The notes under the pieces were generated by a model that did not search any database, was not told the origin of the DNA, and saw only the letters and a list, made by a program, of their open reading frames with translations. DNA of 64,000 nucleotides, taken from Antedon mediterranea. Lineage: Eukaryota; Animalia; Echinodermata. This document shows positions 1 through 17,600 of this stretch, in pieces. Positions within the stretch are counted from its first letter, which is position 1, and the number at the start of each line of letters is the position of its first letter. The position numbers and the translations under genes were made by a program. The stretch lies in assembly GCF_964355755.1 (NCBI RefSeq), contig NC_092673.1:31245648-31309647 (forward strand). Direction: 5' to 3'.

Positions 1-587
1 TGTTTTACATTTTGCCCTGTTCACCTTTTTATTTGTCAGGAAAAATAAAAATGATGTATAATGTATTTTTTGTTTAATTTTATTTGTCAATCAGACGAAA
101 GAAGAATTGTTTTTCTCTCACTTAAATTATAAATAATAATAATATATATTTATTTATCTGGATGACCAAACTTAAAGCCTTGGCTTAATGCGTCCTCCTC
201 ACACAATAATTTTTAATAATTATGTTCTGTATCAATGTAATTAGTGAAACAATAAACTTGAATACTAGATATTAATATTATCAGGGAAGAGTGAAATTGA
301 TTTCACTCTTCTCTGATATTATTTAGTTTTTAAAGGTTTTCCAGCATGCACAGCCCATTTTTTTTTTATTACGAGCACAATCAAATGCCTAGAAAATATC
401 TAATTAACAAACAAAAATCTCAAAAAAACTTTATCCTATTCATCATCCTATTTATTAAATCCTCCATGATATTTATTGACAATATTACTACACTGCATGA
501 TCAAATTTACACATAAAGTTAGTTTGGTTATCGTTTTTACAATTTTTTTTACATTATTTACATTTAATATATAAAAAATTCAATATT

Positions 588-2462
<1,875 letters not shown>

Positions 2463-2469
2463 GTTTAAA

Positions 2470-2483
2470 GTTCCTATGACTAC
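2470..2483. promoter_or_regulatory. RFX X-box-like motif just upstream of the MORN5 start codon
   Basis: GTTCCTATGACTAC (minus: GTAGTCATAGGAAC) resembles the X-box of ciliary genes and lies 8-21 nt upstream of the ATG. Confidence 0.45.
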
Positions 2484-3544
2484 GGCAAAGGTTGGCGGAA
2501 TATCAGATTATTTTTTACCCAATTTAATTTATAAACAAGAATTAAAAGCGCGTTATACACAACAGACAAATCATTATTGTACAGTTTCTGTGCAACAATT
2601 TATTATGACATTTGAATCAATTGAATTCATATTACAATTTTAAAAACAGGTGGCTTAAATTAAAATACAAATATACAAACAATTTTGAATATTAAAAAAA
2701 AATCTTTCAAAATACATTTCCTTGTCTTTTCAGTACAGGTGAACTATTTACATAACAGTTATGTGTTTTAAAGCTAAAACATACACATATTTAATATGTA
2801 TATTAAAATAAAATATGAATGAATTCTCAATCGCAAATATTGGCTCATATTACCATTTCATTTCTCGGCAGTTTAGAGTCTCTGCTCCCACATTTAAAAA
2901 TTAATCGTACAAACATTTTTTTCAGTTAAAAAAGTCAAATATCAAGGTAAATTTTTCTCTAATAACTGTAAATTTGTAAAAACACTTTTTCAAGCTATTT
3001 ATAGGCTATGTATACAAAATATTGTAAAATACAAGTTTTAACTTAAAAGGGCCTCTTTTGCAGTTCCACATCATACCAAGATAAACTGAATAACTTTATA
3101 GAACTATTTATCCCATATAAACAAACAGCATCTCACCTCTAATAATATAAAAAAAATAAATGTTGTACCAAAACGTTGTGCCTCTTTTTCTTGTAGTTAC
3201 AAGTTTACCCTATTACATTAAGGTGAATAATAATTGCATGACTATTACACAAATAATTTAAAGTACTAATTAAAACTATATTTATACAAATAAATGTAAA
3301 CGTTTTGCCTCTTTTTAGTTACATGGTTTCCCTATTAATTTTCAATGTCATTACATCAAGGTGAATCACACATATAAAATTATTACACAAATAATTAAAG
3401 TGACTATTCATACAATATACAGTCAACTCTTCAAAAACTTTCAGAAAACCAGAAACTCCCCCAATACCAGACTTTTCTTGAGGTCAAAAGCCTCGTCCCA
3501 AATTCTTTTTTTACCATTAAAAACACATTTGGAATACCAGACTT

Positions 3545-3690
3545 TCCTGAAAACCATCAAACTGTATGTGAATGTGATGTGCTCATATGGACATGATGTC
3601 ATATTACTACCATATTTGGGTATATCATTACCATATTTGGGCACATCACACATGTTTTTCAAACTAGTTTGATAGTGTAGACAGAGCTTT
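3545..3690. mobile_element. MITE family A copy (degenerate left end)
   Basis: Ends in tttgatagtgtagacagagcttt; internal ccatatttggg repeats match the copies at 6370 and 7930. Confidence 0.7.
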
Positions 3691-4039
3691 AGGCTATCTG
3701 AAGAATCAAAACCATGAGTATTGGGATAGTTGACTTATACAAAATAAATGTTGTACTGTGAACGTATAAGTAACAAGGTGAATAATGACTGCTATATACA
3801 TATTATTACAAAGAAATACTTATTATAGAACTACCCATACCTTTTATAAATGTCCTACAGAACTTATGCCTCTTTTTTACAAGGTAACCCTAGTCAAAGG
3901 TGATTAATATTGCATTGTATATATTTACAAAACTATAACTCACATAACTATAACACTCTGTGTATGGAAGGACATTTGTATTAAAAATTTAAAATATTAC
4001 TGTATTTGAGTAACTATTATCCCAAGCTCGGGTATAATA

Positions 4040-4835
4040 TCACCCCACAATTTAGGCTATTTTTAGATACAATTGTCTAGTAACTTTTAATGAATGCAAT
4101 TCAAGTATAACCCCACCCCATAATTTAGGCTATTTTCAGACACAAGTGCCTGGTAACTTTTAATGAATGCAATTCAAGTATAACCCCACCCCACAATTTA
4201 GGCTATTTTTAGATACAATTGCCTAGTAACATTTAATGAATGCAATTCAAGTATAACCCCACCCCATAATTTAGGCTATTTTCAGACACAAGTGCCTGGT
4301 AACTTTTAATGAATGCAATTCAAGTATAACCCCACCCCACAATTTAGGCTATTTTCAGACACAAGTGCCTGGTAACTTTTAATGAATGCAATTCAAGTAT
4401 AACCCCACCCCATAATTTAGGCTATTTTCAGACACAAGTGCCTGGTAACTTTTAATGAATGCAATTCAAGTATAACCCCACCCCATAATTTAGGCTATTT
4501 TCAGACACAAGTGCCTGGTAACTTTTAATGAATGCAATTCAAGTATAACCCCACCCCACAATTTAGGCTATTTTCAGACACAAGTGCCTGGTAACTTTTA
4601 ATGAATTCAATTCAAGTATAACCCCACCGCATAATTTTGGCTATTTTCAGACACAAGTGTCTAGTAACTTTTAATGAATGCAATTCAAGTATAACCCCAC
4701 CCCATAATTTAGGCTATTTTCAGACACAAGTGTCTAGTAACTTTTAATGAATGCAATTCAAGTATAACCCAACCCATAATTTAGGATATTTTCAGACACA
4801 AGTGCCTGGTAACTTTTAATTCAAGTATAATCCCA
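4040..4835. repeat. 73-bp minisatellite, about 11 copies
   Basis: Unit ttcaagtataaccccaccccataatttaggctattttcagacacaagtgcctggtaacttttaatgaatgcaa recurs at 4101, 4174, 4247 and onward. Confidence 0.95.
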
Positions 4836-5660
4836 TCCCTGCTTTCCTCCAAAATGTTATACTCAAGACAAGACAAATTATTTACAAACTAACTATTTCC
4901 AGCCTCTTTTTGGTTTCTTCATTCAATGGTCATTATATAAACATTATACAAATATAATTATATAGACTGTATTATAATTAATAATATTATTATACAGGAG
5001 CATGTTTTGTTTCTTAACAGTTAATTTTGAGGTAGAATTCCATAACGAAAACACCAATATGATAAGAAATATTTTTCCTGTTTAGTTTTTAATGATTGTT
5101 AGCACACAAACTTTATTCTCTGATATTATCTGATTGGATAAAACCATCTTCATAATTATTTTAATTAAAACAAAAAGGAATTTAGAAATGGTCCTACAAT
5201 CAAGAAATGGACTAACTACAGCATCTGGGTTCAAACCTGAATAAGGTACAATTTCTTATTTATCTTTTTTTACATACTTATCTTACAGTACATTTTTTCA
5301 AATAACAAATCTACCCTAATGTGGATAAAATATTAAAAACAATTTCAATTCTTCTTTAAATATATTATATTAAATCAAAACAATATTTAAACATAAAGTG
5401 CTATTCCTTTATAAACTTTATTGGACGGTCATATAATTACACATTATAGGTTTTGCACACATCTACTACTATTGTTATACCTACTGTAAATGAAATATTC
5501 TAACAATTCAACATTTTCATTAATATATTAAATTAAAACAATACTTAAAAATTATATTCCTCTTTTTATAAACTTATTTTATTAGCGTCGGATGTTTCAA
5601 ATTTATTATCTTTTTTTTGGACGGTGGTAAATTTTTGGAGCACAATACAATATACATCTT

Positions 5661-8600
5661 CTAACTTTTATCATCTTCAAACTTATTTTTCTTGCCAACG
5701 ATTTTCATCAGTTCTTTGCTCATGAAGTACGGTTTCTCGGCGGACCCGTCGTGTCTTTCTAAATCTTCAACTATAAGACACAAAAAGAAATTATATTATA
5801 AATTATATTATTATTATGACTGGAACACCAACAAAACTTATTGAACTGACATCAATAATTGTGTGATTAATTAATCCAATTACTCAAAATTAGTCCATAT
5901 GTCATCTGACAACAGTACAATTGAAAAGCATAATCAGGGGAGCAAAAGAAAAGAACAAAATAGGGAGGAGTGCAGTGGCTGGTAATTGGCTGATGATTTT
6001 AATCAATTCAATGAATGAGTATTTAGCTTACAGTATAGGAGCGACAGCATATCTTTAAAATTTCAAAATCACAAAATACTAAGTTTCATCATCAAAAATA
6101 CTTACGAAAACAGAGAAAGAGTGTGTCTACAGCCATGTCATAAACACCAAAGAAAATCTTGGCAACGAAAAAAGAACCAATTCCAATTATCTGAAACAAA
6201 ACACGATTATTGTTTAGTTACCATTAAATACAAGTCACCATTTCATAATAGGAAATATAATTTGTTAATATACTGAAATAGAGATAGTACTAGTTGTCAA
6301 TGAATAAAATTAAAATGCACTCTATTTTGCATGTTATACAGAACAATGAAGGGGTAGTATCGGTACTACAGCTCTGTCTACACTATCAAACAAGTTTGAC
6401 AAAAAAAGTGTGATATGCCCAATTATGGTAGTGATATGCTCAAATATGGTAGTGATATGCTCAAATATGGTAGTGATATGACATCATCATGTCTATATAT
6501 GGGCACATCATATTTTTTTGTTAAATAAAGTTTGATAGTATAGACAGAGCTTTAAATTAAAATTCAAGATGTCTACTTACTATGACTGGCGTCCAATAAT
6601 AATTTAATTCTGGAACAGGCAGAACGTCTGATACCCAGGAGAGATTGTTTGTGAAATAGTAGAACGATCCGATGGACATTGCTGCCATGACCGTCAATAT
6701 CCCAAAGGAAAGTAAGAAATCTGTAACCTTATTAATCACAGCAACTCTACAAAATAAAAATTCAGATTTAGTGTAAATCATTAAAATATAGTTGTGACTA
6801 GTTTTGACAAAGCTGACTAGTTTTGACAAGTTCTAGTTTTGACTAAGTTGACAAGTTGTGACTAGTTGACAAGTTGTGACTAGTTGACTAGATTTGACAA
6901 GTTGACTAGATTTGACAAGTTGACTAGATTTGACAAGTTGACTAGTTTTGACAAGTTATGACTAGTTGACTAGTTTTGACAAGTTGACTAGTTTTGACAA
7001 GTTTTGACTAGTTTTGACAAGTTGACTAGATTTGACAAGTTGACTAGTTTTGACAAGTTATGACTAGTTGACTAGTTTTGACAAGTTGACTAGTTTTGAC
7101 AAGTTATGACTAGTTGACTAGTTTTGACAAGTTGACTAGTTTTGACAAGTTGTGACTAGTTGACTAGTTTTGACAAGTTGACTAGTTTTGAAAAGTTGAC
7201 TAGTTTTGACCAAACCAGTTATTATCATTTGACTTGATTCAAAGAAATAAATTAATCAGTTGTTGTAAAATCTATGCTGTATAAACTATCTTTACCTCAC
7301 AATATTCCTAAGAAGGAGAAAGAATGCATTCTTTGCTGAAGTACAAAAGTTCTTCCCATAGACAGCAATCTGTTGAAAATAATATGAAGAAAAGAATATG
7401 AAGAAAAGAATGTTTAATTATTGTGAGTTGGGTTAACGCTTTTAATGCACTTCTAAAATTCACTCATTCACTGTGAAAGTCAGACCTACTGTACCAAAAC
7501 CATCACTGCTTCCCTCACTTCAATATAAATTTCTGTGCTAGAACTATCATAATGTATTATGTTTAAATATTATATTTGTACAGAAAGTAAACGAAAAATT
7601 ACACTATACAAAATCTTACCAGAATATAAGCATTTTTGTTTAAGAATCTCATGAATTTTTCAAGGCACCAGAAACAGCACTTGAGGCATTTGATAAGGAA
7701 TTTGACAAAGGCATTCTCATAGCCTTTCAGCTTGTGATCAATGTACTCCAACACGACCCTGATCATTTGGATGACTGCAATGATGAAAGATCCAAATGCT
7801 AACGACCCAAGATGGTATCTATACAGAAAAAATATTGTTTATTTCATCTATTGGCAAATGCACAAAATAAATTGAAACCGGATACTTTAACCATGTAACA
7901 GATGGAATACATTGCAATGTTTCTCATTAAGTTCTGTCTACACTATCAAACTTTATGTGACAAAAAAATGTGATGTGCTAATATATGGACACGATGATGT
8001 CAATTCACTACCATATTTGGGCACATCACACTTTTTTCGTCAAACTAGTTTGGTAGTTTAAACAGAGTTTATGAAGTTCATTTTCACAAACGCGCCATTT
8101 ACTACAAGTAAAAACATGATTCTGAGAATGCACGAAATAATCTTTTTATGTGCCATCTGCATAAAACGAAATCTCCCTTTTGTCTGAGTGAACAATATTT
8201 CTCAGATATACTGTATCACCACGGCCACGGCTCAATTCTACCTTGAGAATCGTATTGATTTTATTCTTAATGTCAAAGATAATTTTAAAGATTTAAGGAA
8301 CCCTCTACCGCATCATCACACACAAAACATATGCTAACAATTTTATATTTTCGGATTGAGGATAATGATTATGACTAAATAAAGGGCATTGACCTGGATT
8401 TTTTGAGAATAAGAATATTATTACAACGTTTAAGAGAGGCTTACAACTCTAGTTGAATGCTAAACTTACCTTATTGCTCTGTATAATGACTTAACAATTG
8501 GGAAGGCTGGTATGTCACTAGGCTTGGTGAAAGCCCAGTAGTAAGAAGCAAACGCACCAGCTAAGCAGACTTGGTCAAGTGCGGAGACAAACGCCAGCAG

Positions 8601-11600
8601 CCAAAACAAACCGAACAAATTGTAGATTTGCAGGTACAGATAGAAGTTGTCCAGGCCATAATGTTCAAACAAACACAAGGCTGTGGTGTTTGGATAGTCT
8701 GTCTCAAACGTCTAGAAAAAAAGACATCAATATTTCAACTGACTATAATTTGACAAATTGAGTTTAATATATTTTGTTTTAGGAAGCTATGTTAAAATTG
8801 AACTTAATGCATACCAAGGTGGTCACGTATTCACGTATTCAATTGAACACTAGTCAGGGCCGTAGCCACCAGTATGGTTGGTATAGGTTTCAACATGATC
8901 ACTTTTTGACAGAGGCCATTGACAACCCAGTGGCTTGAACAGAGATTGTTCCTTTTTCTTGCAAAAACTGCACAAAAACCTTTATTTCTTGTGGCTACAT
9001 CATTGCTAGTGGGTGGAGTGACAGTAGTGGCTTGTAATGGCCAATATGGGGTTGTGGAAACAAATTTTGGGATTGCAGGGGGATACAAAAAAAAACCACA
9101 GCTACACATAAAAAACAATTTGGAGAATCGCCTGTTCTATTCTATTTAATATATTAATTTTCTTAATTGTACAGTAGTTTAATTTGTTTAATTTTCTAGG
9201 GAGCTAAAGACAACTGTTTTTTTTCTGGACTTTTACTAGTGGTTGTGTTGAACTTTGACATTACTTACGTCCTTTGTACAGTCAGACCCATTTGTCAGGT
9301 TATAGGCATCATCATCCGGAACAGCAGCCGTGATGTAGGTGGCAGCACCAGCGCTTGCCAAGTATCTAACAAGTTGTCAAGGATACCAACTAAACACAGA
9401 CACAATTCTAACAAACAATACATTTTTAATTATAACCATCTCAACTTATTTTTTTGAAGTTGTAAATAAATTAAAATTTTATTTTCTTGTTGTGAATAAA
9501 GGATACAAAGCAATAGCTGCCCATAAAGACAGAACGATCAACTGCAGAAGAAACGGAAACAATGGCCAAAATAACGTAGATAACATGTGAGTTATGGCTC
9601 TGAAATAAACAAAAAATTATGATAATTTACCAATATGTAAACAAACAATAGTTACCATCTAAATAAAAATTATGAATTTCATTAATATTTTTAACAATAG
9701 TTAATTAATATTATAATTATCAACAATAATTAATTAAAATTATGATTATTAACAATAATAAAATTAATTAAAATTATGGTTAACAATATTAATTAAAATT
9801 ATGATTATTAACAATCATTATATTAATTAAAATTATGAATATTAAGAAAAATTATGTTAATTAAAATTTGATTATAACAAAAATTATGTTAATTAAAATT
9901 ATGATTATTGGTAATAATTATGTTAATTACCAATAATATAATTAACTATTATTAAACATTTTATGACATAGAAGGAACAAATAAGATCAGGGTAAATATT
10001 AGATATGATATTACCTGCTAGCCTCCTTGATGAGTGCAATTGCAACCCGAATACGATTGCAGAGACACAGTGTCAGGAGCAACAAGATGACAAGGATTGC
10101 ACAGAATGTAATACCTGGAAATAAACAAACAGGCATGCTTTAAACTATTGTTGTAGTTAGCTTTGCCCGCTGAAATGGTATACTGTGATGAGCTCTAGGT
10201 TATCCTTATATAAAGATGTAATGTGTTGTCTCCAAAAACATGAAAAATAAAGATTAATTAAAGCAGACTTCAGATAGGCTATTTTGTAGTTTTAATAAAG
10301 TTAATTACTTCCATAGAAAAAAAAATGTTTTCACTTATAAAATGACAAAATAAATGATTAAATTAACCTAAGCCAATTTGACTATTTTTTGCTTTAAATT
10401 ACAGTTTTCAGGTAAATCATTTTCAATTTCTGGTTAAAGTGGATAACTATTATGCAAACTCCTATTATGTGACCTTAAAATGGCATATTCAACAAAAAAA
10501 TTGTAAAAATAATTTTTTTTTCACGACAATAATACCAGGAATTTTTTGAAAATTTAGTTCCTTCAACTCTAATTAAAGGTGCTCCATTGTGCACTCTTCG
10601 TTTTTAATCATTTTTTAATCTATTTTATCACTTCTGTCTTTTGATATTATAATGTACTTTATATGTATTATTGATGTATAATCACATTTCAAGTTTATGA
10701 CCAATAAAATAATCTTACAATGCATTAGATTGACAGGAATATAGAAAATAAATATTTAGAGTGAGAGCTAAAGAGTTCAAGATGGCATTATTAAAGATGT
10801 ATGTCCCCCAAAAACATGAAAAATGAAGATTGAATAAATCAGACTTTGAATAGGTTATTTTGTAGTTTTAATAAAGTTATAATCACTTCTGTAGAAAAAA
10901 AAAAGAGAAAAACAAATAATATTTTAATGTTTAAAATGACAGAATAAACGGTTAAATTCAACCAAAGATCATTGGCTGGCAGCCAATTTGACCATTTTTT
11001 GCTTTAAAATTACAGTTTTTTCAGGTAAATACATTTTTTTCGATCCAATTTTTGGTCAAAGTGGATAACTTTTATGTAAAATGGCATATTAAAAAAAATT
11101 GTTAAGAATTATTTTTTCAGGGGGACAATACATCTTTAAATGGGGTGGCAGACTAAGAAAACCAAAGTGGTAAGATTTAGTAGGCCTACTGGAAGGCTTA
11201 CAAAGTCTCCTTAGGTAAGAATGCTTAGATGGAAATTAAGTAGGGCTGAAGACCTTAAAAATCCACTTACCAAATGCAAGCCAGGTTTTCTGTAAGCGCA
11301 GGTAGCTGTTCAAATCAGTAGTAAATGCCACGGCCGCATCAGATCCTTCAATGTTTTCGAGTTCATAATACTGCTTCCAACAGTAATAAATACCTTTGAC
11401 AAAATAATTTAAAACGAATATTTACAGACGAAACAAACAGGTGAGGTTTTACGTAGTGATGTTATGCGTGATTGAAACGATTTTCACAATTTCAAATCGT
11501 TCAAATTGCGCATCACACTGACCACGCTTTAGAATTACAAAGATAAATTGTGGGGTTTTTTTGTCATTTAATTTAAATGTTATAAAATGGATAAAAATAC

Positions 11601-14600
11601 TTACCCCATCCCAGTAGCGCGAACGTGCCAAATATCATAACCCATACAATGATGCCCGCAAACCAACGCATCAGAATTATGTACAACAAGGCGACAAGCA
11701 TTGAGACACCCATGAACCTAGTATAGAAAATATATCACATGATAAAATATTTATGAAAAAGTAGTAGCCCATACCATATGTTTAATATAACTTATATTAA
11801 CACAGCGAGAGTGACCGAATGGTTAAGATAGTGGAACCGTAATTATGTTGCCATAACGTTGGTAATGTTTCGAGGCCCACTCGCTCCATGGTTCTGGTGG
11901 TAGAACAAGTCTAAACCGTAGGTCCAGTGTACACATCTAGCTCATGTGCACCTTAAACAACCTAGTACATCTTTCGAGATGAGTAGGAGGTGTACTAGTC
12001 CACACACACAGCCACTGTCACAACACTGTACAATTTGGACTGAACCGTTTTAGAGGTGTTTACCACCTGTTAGTCCAATCCTTCACTAATGTTCATCAAT
12101 GTGAGAAGTTGAATAAAAAAAATTATTTACGTTAATATAAGCCACCATGAACCCACTACATCTTCATATATTACAGACGCTGTTGACTGAAGCTCTAGGA
12201 AGTACTTAGCAGCCCTAAAAAATAGTATAACAAAATACCATATATTAATTTTCAATGAATAGAAGGTATGTAGGGCTATCCTTGCCAAAATTAAAACAAG
12301 AACCAAAATTATGTTAACTTACGTGCCAAATAGATCAGCAACATTGCTCGACGTAATGTTAGAGTTTGTTGGCGTCTTTAGCGTACCATTAACACTATCC
12401 AACACGCTACCGATTGATGAGACGGCTTCCAGTAGGATTGTGGGTAAGCAACGGTCGGCAACTGATGAGCAAATTTTAGATTATGAAATTTATTATGATT
12501 TTCTTCAGTGCATTTCTTTTCTTTTTTATTTGTGTTAAGGCTCGCCCAACACAAGATGTCACAAACATCTTCCAGGGCTTTTGCCTTCATTTTCTGATAT
12601 AATACTTTATAATTCTGTACAATCCTGTTTCTTGTTTTCCTACTGTATGTATTCAGATCTTGTAAATAAATGTCTATTGAATTGAATTGAATTGAATTGA
12701 ATTGAACTGTAGTTGAAAATTAAAATTTATTTTATATCTAAATTTATGTCTACAGTCTGATGTTTATGTGAAATCTAAAATAAATAATATAAATAATAAT
12801 AATAATAAAGTAAAAGAGCCAGAAAGAAGTTTATGATGTTTATGTTAAATCTAAAAGCAATTTACTGAAAAAATGCTGTGGTTATCAGTGGAGATATTGT
12901 ACAAATAAACAAAGCATAAATTAATAATATAAATAATAATAATAATAAAGTAAAAGAGCCAGAAAGAAGTTTATGATGTTTATGTGAAATCTAAAATAAA
13001 TAATATAAATAATAATAATAATAAAGTAAAAGAGCCAGAAAGAAGTTTATGATGTTTATGTTAAATCTAAAAGCAATTTACTGAAAAAATGCTGTGGTTA
13101 TCAGTGGAGATAATGTACAAATAAACAAAGCATAAATTAATAATATAAATAATAATAATAATAAAGTAAAAGAGCCAGAAAGAAGTTTATGATGTTTATG
13201 TGAAATCTAAAATAAATAATATAAATAATAATAATAATAAAGTAAAAGAGCCAGAAAGAAGTTTATGATGTTTATGTTAAATCTAAAAGCAATTTACTGA
13301 AAAAATGCTGTGGTTATCAGTGGAGATATTGTACAAATAAACAAAGCATAAATTAATAATATAAATAATAATAATAATAATAAAGTAACAGAGCCAGAAA
13401 GAAGTTTATGATGTTTATGTTAAATCTAAAAGCAATTTACTGAAAAAATGCTGTGGTTATCAGTGGAGATAATGTACAAATAAACAAAGCATAAATTAAT
13501 AATATAAATAATAATAATAATAAAGTAAAAGAGCCAGAAAGAAGTTTATGATGTTTATGTTAAATCTAAAAGCAATTTACTGAAAAAATGCTGTGGTTAT
13601 CAGTGGAGATATTGTACAAATAAACAAAGCATAAATTAATAATATAAATAATAATAATAATAATAATAAAGTAAAAGAGCCAGAAAGAAGTTTATGATGT
13701 TTATGTTAAATCTAAAAGCAATTTACTGAAAAAATGCTGTGGTTATCAGTGGAGATATTGTACAAATAAACAAAGCATAAATTAATAATATAAATAATAA
13801 TAATAATAATAATAAAGTAAAAGAGCCAGAAAGAAGTTTATGATGTTTATGTTAAATCTAAAAGCAATTTACTGAAAAAATGCTGTGGTTATCAGTGGAG
13901 ATATTGTACAAATAAACAAAGCATAAATTAATAATATAAATAATAATAATAATAATAAAGTAACAGAGCCAGAAAGAAGTTTATGATGTTTATGTTATAA
14001 ATATGCAAAATTAACACTTACAATTTGAACTCTCGAGGTAATAGGGGGCGCACTTCTCATCATCCAACATCCGAAGTAAACCCTCTAGTCCTTGCTAAAT
14101 ATGAAAAATTTAAATTAAAAAGTTAATAATTTTAATACACAACATTAAACGAAAATTGATTTACCCCTCAGAACCCTAAGGATCTAAATCCCCTTTGGAA
14201 TCTTTGGCTATCCCCGGTACCATACAAAATGATTACGGTTTTTGTTTCGTTGTATCCATTTTTCATGTGTGGTATGATATCGAAATAAATCAAATCTTAA
14301 TCAGCATTCTCACAATGCTGCAGTAGTGACTCAATTGTATACTTACATAAGAACCACTGACAAATTCCGTCTGAGGATCAAATTCATATTCGCAATAAAA
14401 TTTATCCCATTCTACATTGCTGCCATCGGAACTCAGAGCGCCATTCAACAGTTGAGTATATGGTGAGAACGTCTCAGTTGGACACTCCCTCACACAAATC
14501 TATAAACAAAAATTTCAACAATCTTGTTAATGATGTACTGTCACCTAAAAATATGTAAAATGAAGATTATTTAAATCAGACTTTGAATATAGGTTATTTT

Positions 14601-17600
14601 GTAGTTTTAATCACTTTCCATAGAATAAAAATATTTTTATTTTTATTTATTTCCAAACCCAACCAACAGCAAAATAAATTCGCCAATAACAGGAGGGTAA
14701 ACACAAAACGGATACAAATACATGAACAATGCCAATAAAATATAATGTTTTCACTTATAAATAAATGGTTAAATCCAACCCAAAAGCGATTGGTTTTGCT
14801 TTAAATTATAGATTTTCAGGTAAATAACATTTCTTCCAATTAAATCCAATTTTTTTAAACTATTATGTGACATCAAAAAGGCAGATTCAACAAACATTTT
14901 TTTAAGAATTATTTTTTATTATAGGGGACAATAATCATTAAATAGAATAAAATTCAGTCCTGAGCCATCACTTCCCATTAGTGGATTTTTTTTTTCTTAG
15001 CATTTAAAACATTATAAATAAATTTGTAGTCAAATTCAATAGAGTTGACTTTATTAAGCCTATACTGACTTATCTCAAATTATAATAATAATGAATAATG
15101 TGATGTGGATATCAATCCAATATATACTGGATTTTGTTTTAATAAACCGACCCACGCATTGTGTTGTGTACTAATTTATAACCTGACCTATCTTTTTCTT
15201 ATTTGCTCCCACTATATATGTATACTGTACAATTAATGAAATATTTTAATAATAATTAAGAAATCATCTAATAATGCAAAAACAAAAATAAAATTATGAA
15301 TTTAAAAACATAGAAAGAAAATCCAAACAAGGATTTTTAAATTATAAATGAATAAAGTGTAACATTTTAATTTATTAAAGAACAACGCTGTGTAATATAT
15401 TCATTAAACTGCTTTACCACACAATCCAATAATTAATGTTTTATTACAACATTTATATAAACTGATTGTCATGACAACCACATAATAGATTACTGCAATC
15501 AACAAACGTATCGATTGTTACAATTTTTTGTGCGAGTGGGTTGGTTTGTGTGTACTATATGTAGAAGAAATCTTATTAATAACACTGTATGGAAATTAGT
15601 AATTCTTAAAAGTAATAATTATCGTATTTATTATTATTATTAATAATAATAAGACAATATTACAAATATAGATCTTTTGAAAAATATACAAATTGACTAC
15701 TATACTCAGTATTTGGAATTATGAATAATATAGCAAGTGGACACTCAATGCATTATTTTGTTACGCACTAACAGGGAACACGATACATTTAAATACACAC
15801 TGATCCTATTAGGTATCCATTGTTATGGATTAGTAACCATGGTAACGATAGTAACAGTCTATTCATAACTCATAGCAACACTATACACTAAAGTGTAATC
15901 AAAATTATTACCCGAATAAAGGCAATCATGTTTTTGACAAGTTAAGAGTCTTCCTATAAAGAAAGCATTAAATTTATTTTATTTCATTTTTTTTTATTGT
16001 AAATAACTTTTTATCATTGTCTAAAATCAATTGTATTATTTTACGAGTAGTCCTGTGAGGTATACCTCAATTATTTATATTATAAACTGAAACTGAAATT
16101 TAAGTATTTTTTTGCTTTAATTAAATTACATTTTTTTCAGGTAAATCATTTTTTTTCCAACCTAGTTTTTGGTCAAAGTGAATAACTATTACGTGACAAT
16201 AAAATGGCATATCCAACAAAAAAAATGTGAAAAAAAATTGTTAGGGGACAATCTTTAAATACTATTTAAAATGAAAATTGATTGTGTTTAGTGTTATTAA
16301 AGTATTATCGTGAATTTGAATGTACTATACAAAATAAAATACATTATATTTATTTACATTTTTCCTATGGAACGGACCGGACCTTCTTGTATAAGGTACT
16401 GTAGACAATTACAAACACCCTGGCTTTGTTAGTTGTTTGCGATAGCTCACCATAGCTACCATTTACACTAATTACCCTATGTGACGTGAGTGCATTGTGT
16501 TTGGCTTTCAACTATTGATCCTGAGAATAATAAGACTTGAAGTAGCTATACAAGGGCTGGGCTGTGATGTCAATGTCGTACTACTCATTGTAAATGTATA
16601 AAAGGCTTCCTTGAAAAGCTATTAAAGTATGGAAGGCTGTTTAAGTCAAATTAATGTTGTAATGATGGTGTACTATTACTAAATTAGTCCTATTTTTTGT
16701 ATGAATTAGTTTTTTAATACAGTCTATGGAAGGCTGTTTAAGTCAAATTAATGTTACTAGATGGCACGCTCGCTTCGCTCGCGTACCATCTAGGGGTGCT
16801 CACAGATGGTTCTCGAATACAGTAGAATCCACGGACGGGGACTTTTTTGGGACACTAAACAAAAACGGAAGTGTCCCCCTAATTGGGGTATTCAGAAATA
16901 GAGACAACAAAACCAATACTGGATTCCATAAAGGACAATTAATTTATGTGGATTAAAGAAATTAGGGAGAAATGGAAATGTATGTACGGGAATTGGGCGA
17001 CACGTGGTGGTGGTGATGGAACCACAGTAATAAAGTTGATTGTATTTATATATTATAAGAACCAAACTAAATAAATAGACCTAGACATTCTGCGAAATGA
17101 AAATCGGAAATGCAAGCTCCTATTCAGTGAAAAATTAAACTGTAGTCTACCTAAATATTTAGGGCAAATCATCGGTTGTGGTGTTGAAATTCCTGTAAAC
17201 ATTTGTGTGAACCAAACTGGGTCGAATTTCTGTCATGAGTACTGATTTGTTGGCCTGTGATTTATGACGCCTAAGGGATCTATCTAGACTTATTTTTTAG
17301 AATAATGTACGTACCTGTCAGATACAATTGTCTTGTGTCGTATAATAAATAAGTACTGTAATAGTTACTGAAGTTACTATTACAATCTCGTCAATGAAAA
17401 CACGAAAATGTATATGCACTTACTTATGAAAACGTATACAGCATTATACTCAGTTATTGAAACAGTAGGTTTAAAAGTTTCGTTTGTCTGTAAAATGATG
17501 TAATCAAGCTGTTTACATGAGTCTTAATTTATAAGCACATCAATAATAAAATAGTTTATCTATCCTGTAATTGGCGAGATTATGGTCGCTGTTGAATGAA

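Noticed and set aside
4040-4835. CRISPR-like array
   Set aside because: Units are near-identical along their whole length with no unique spacers, in a eukaryotic context.
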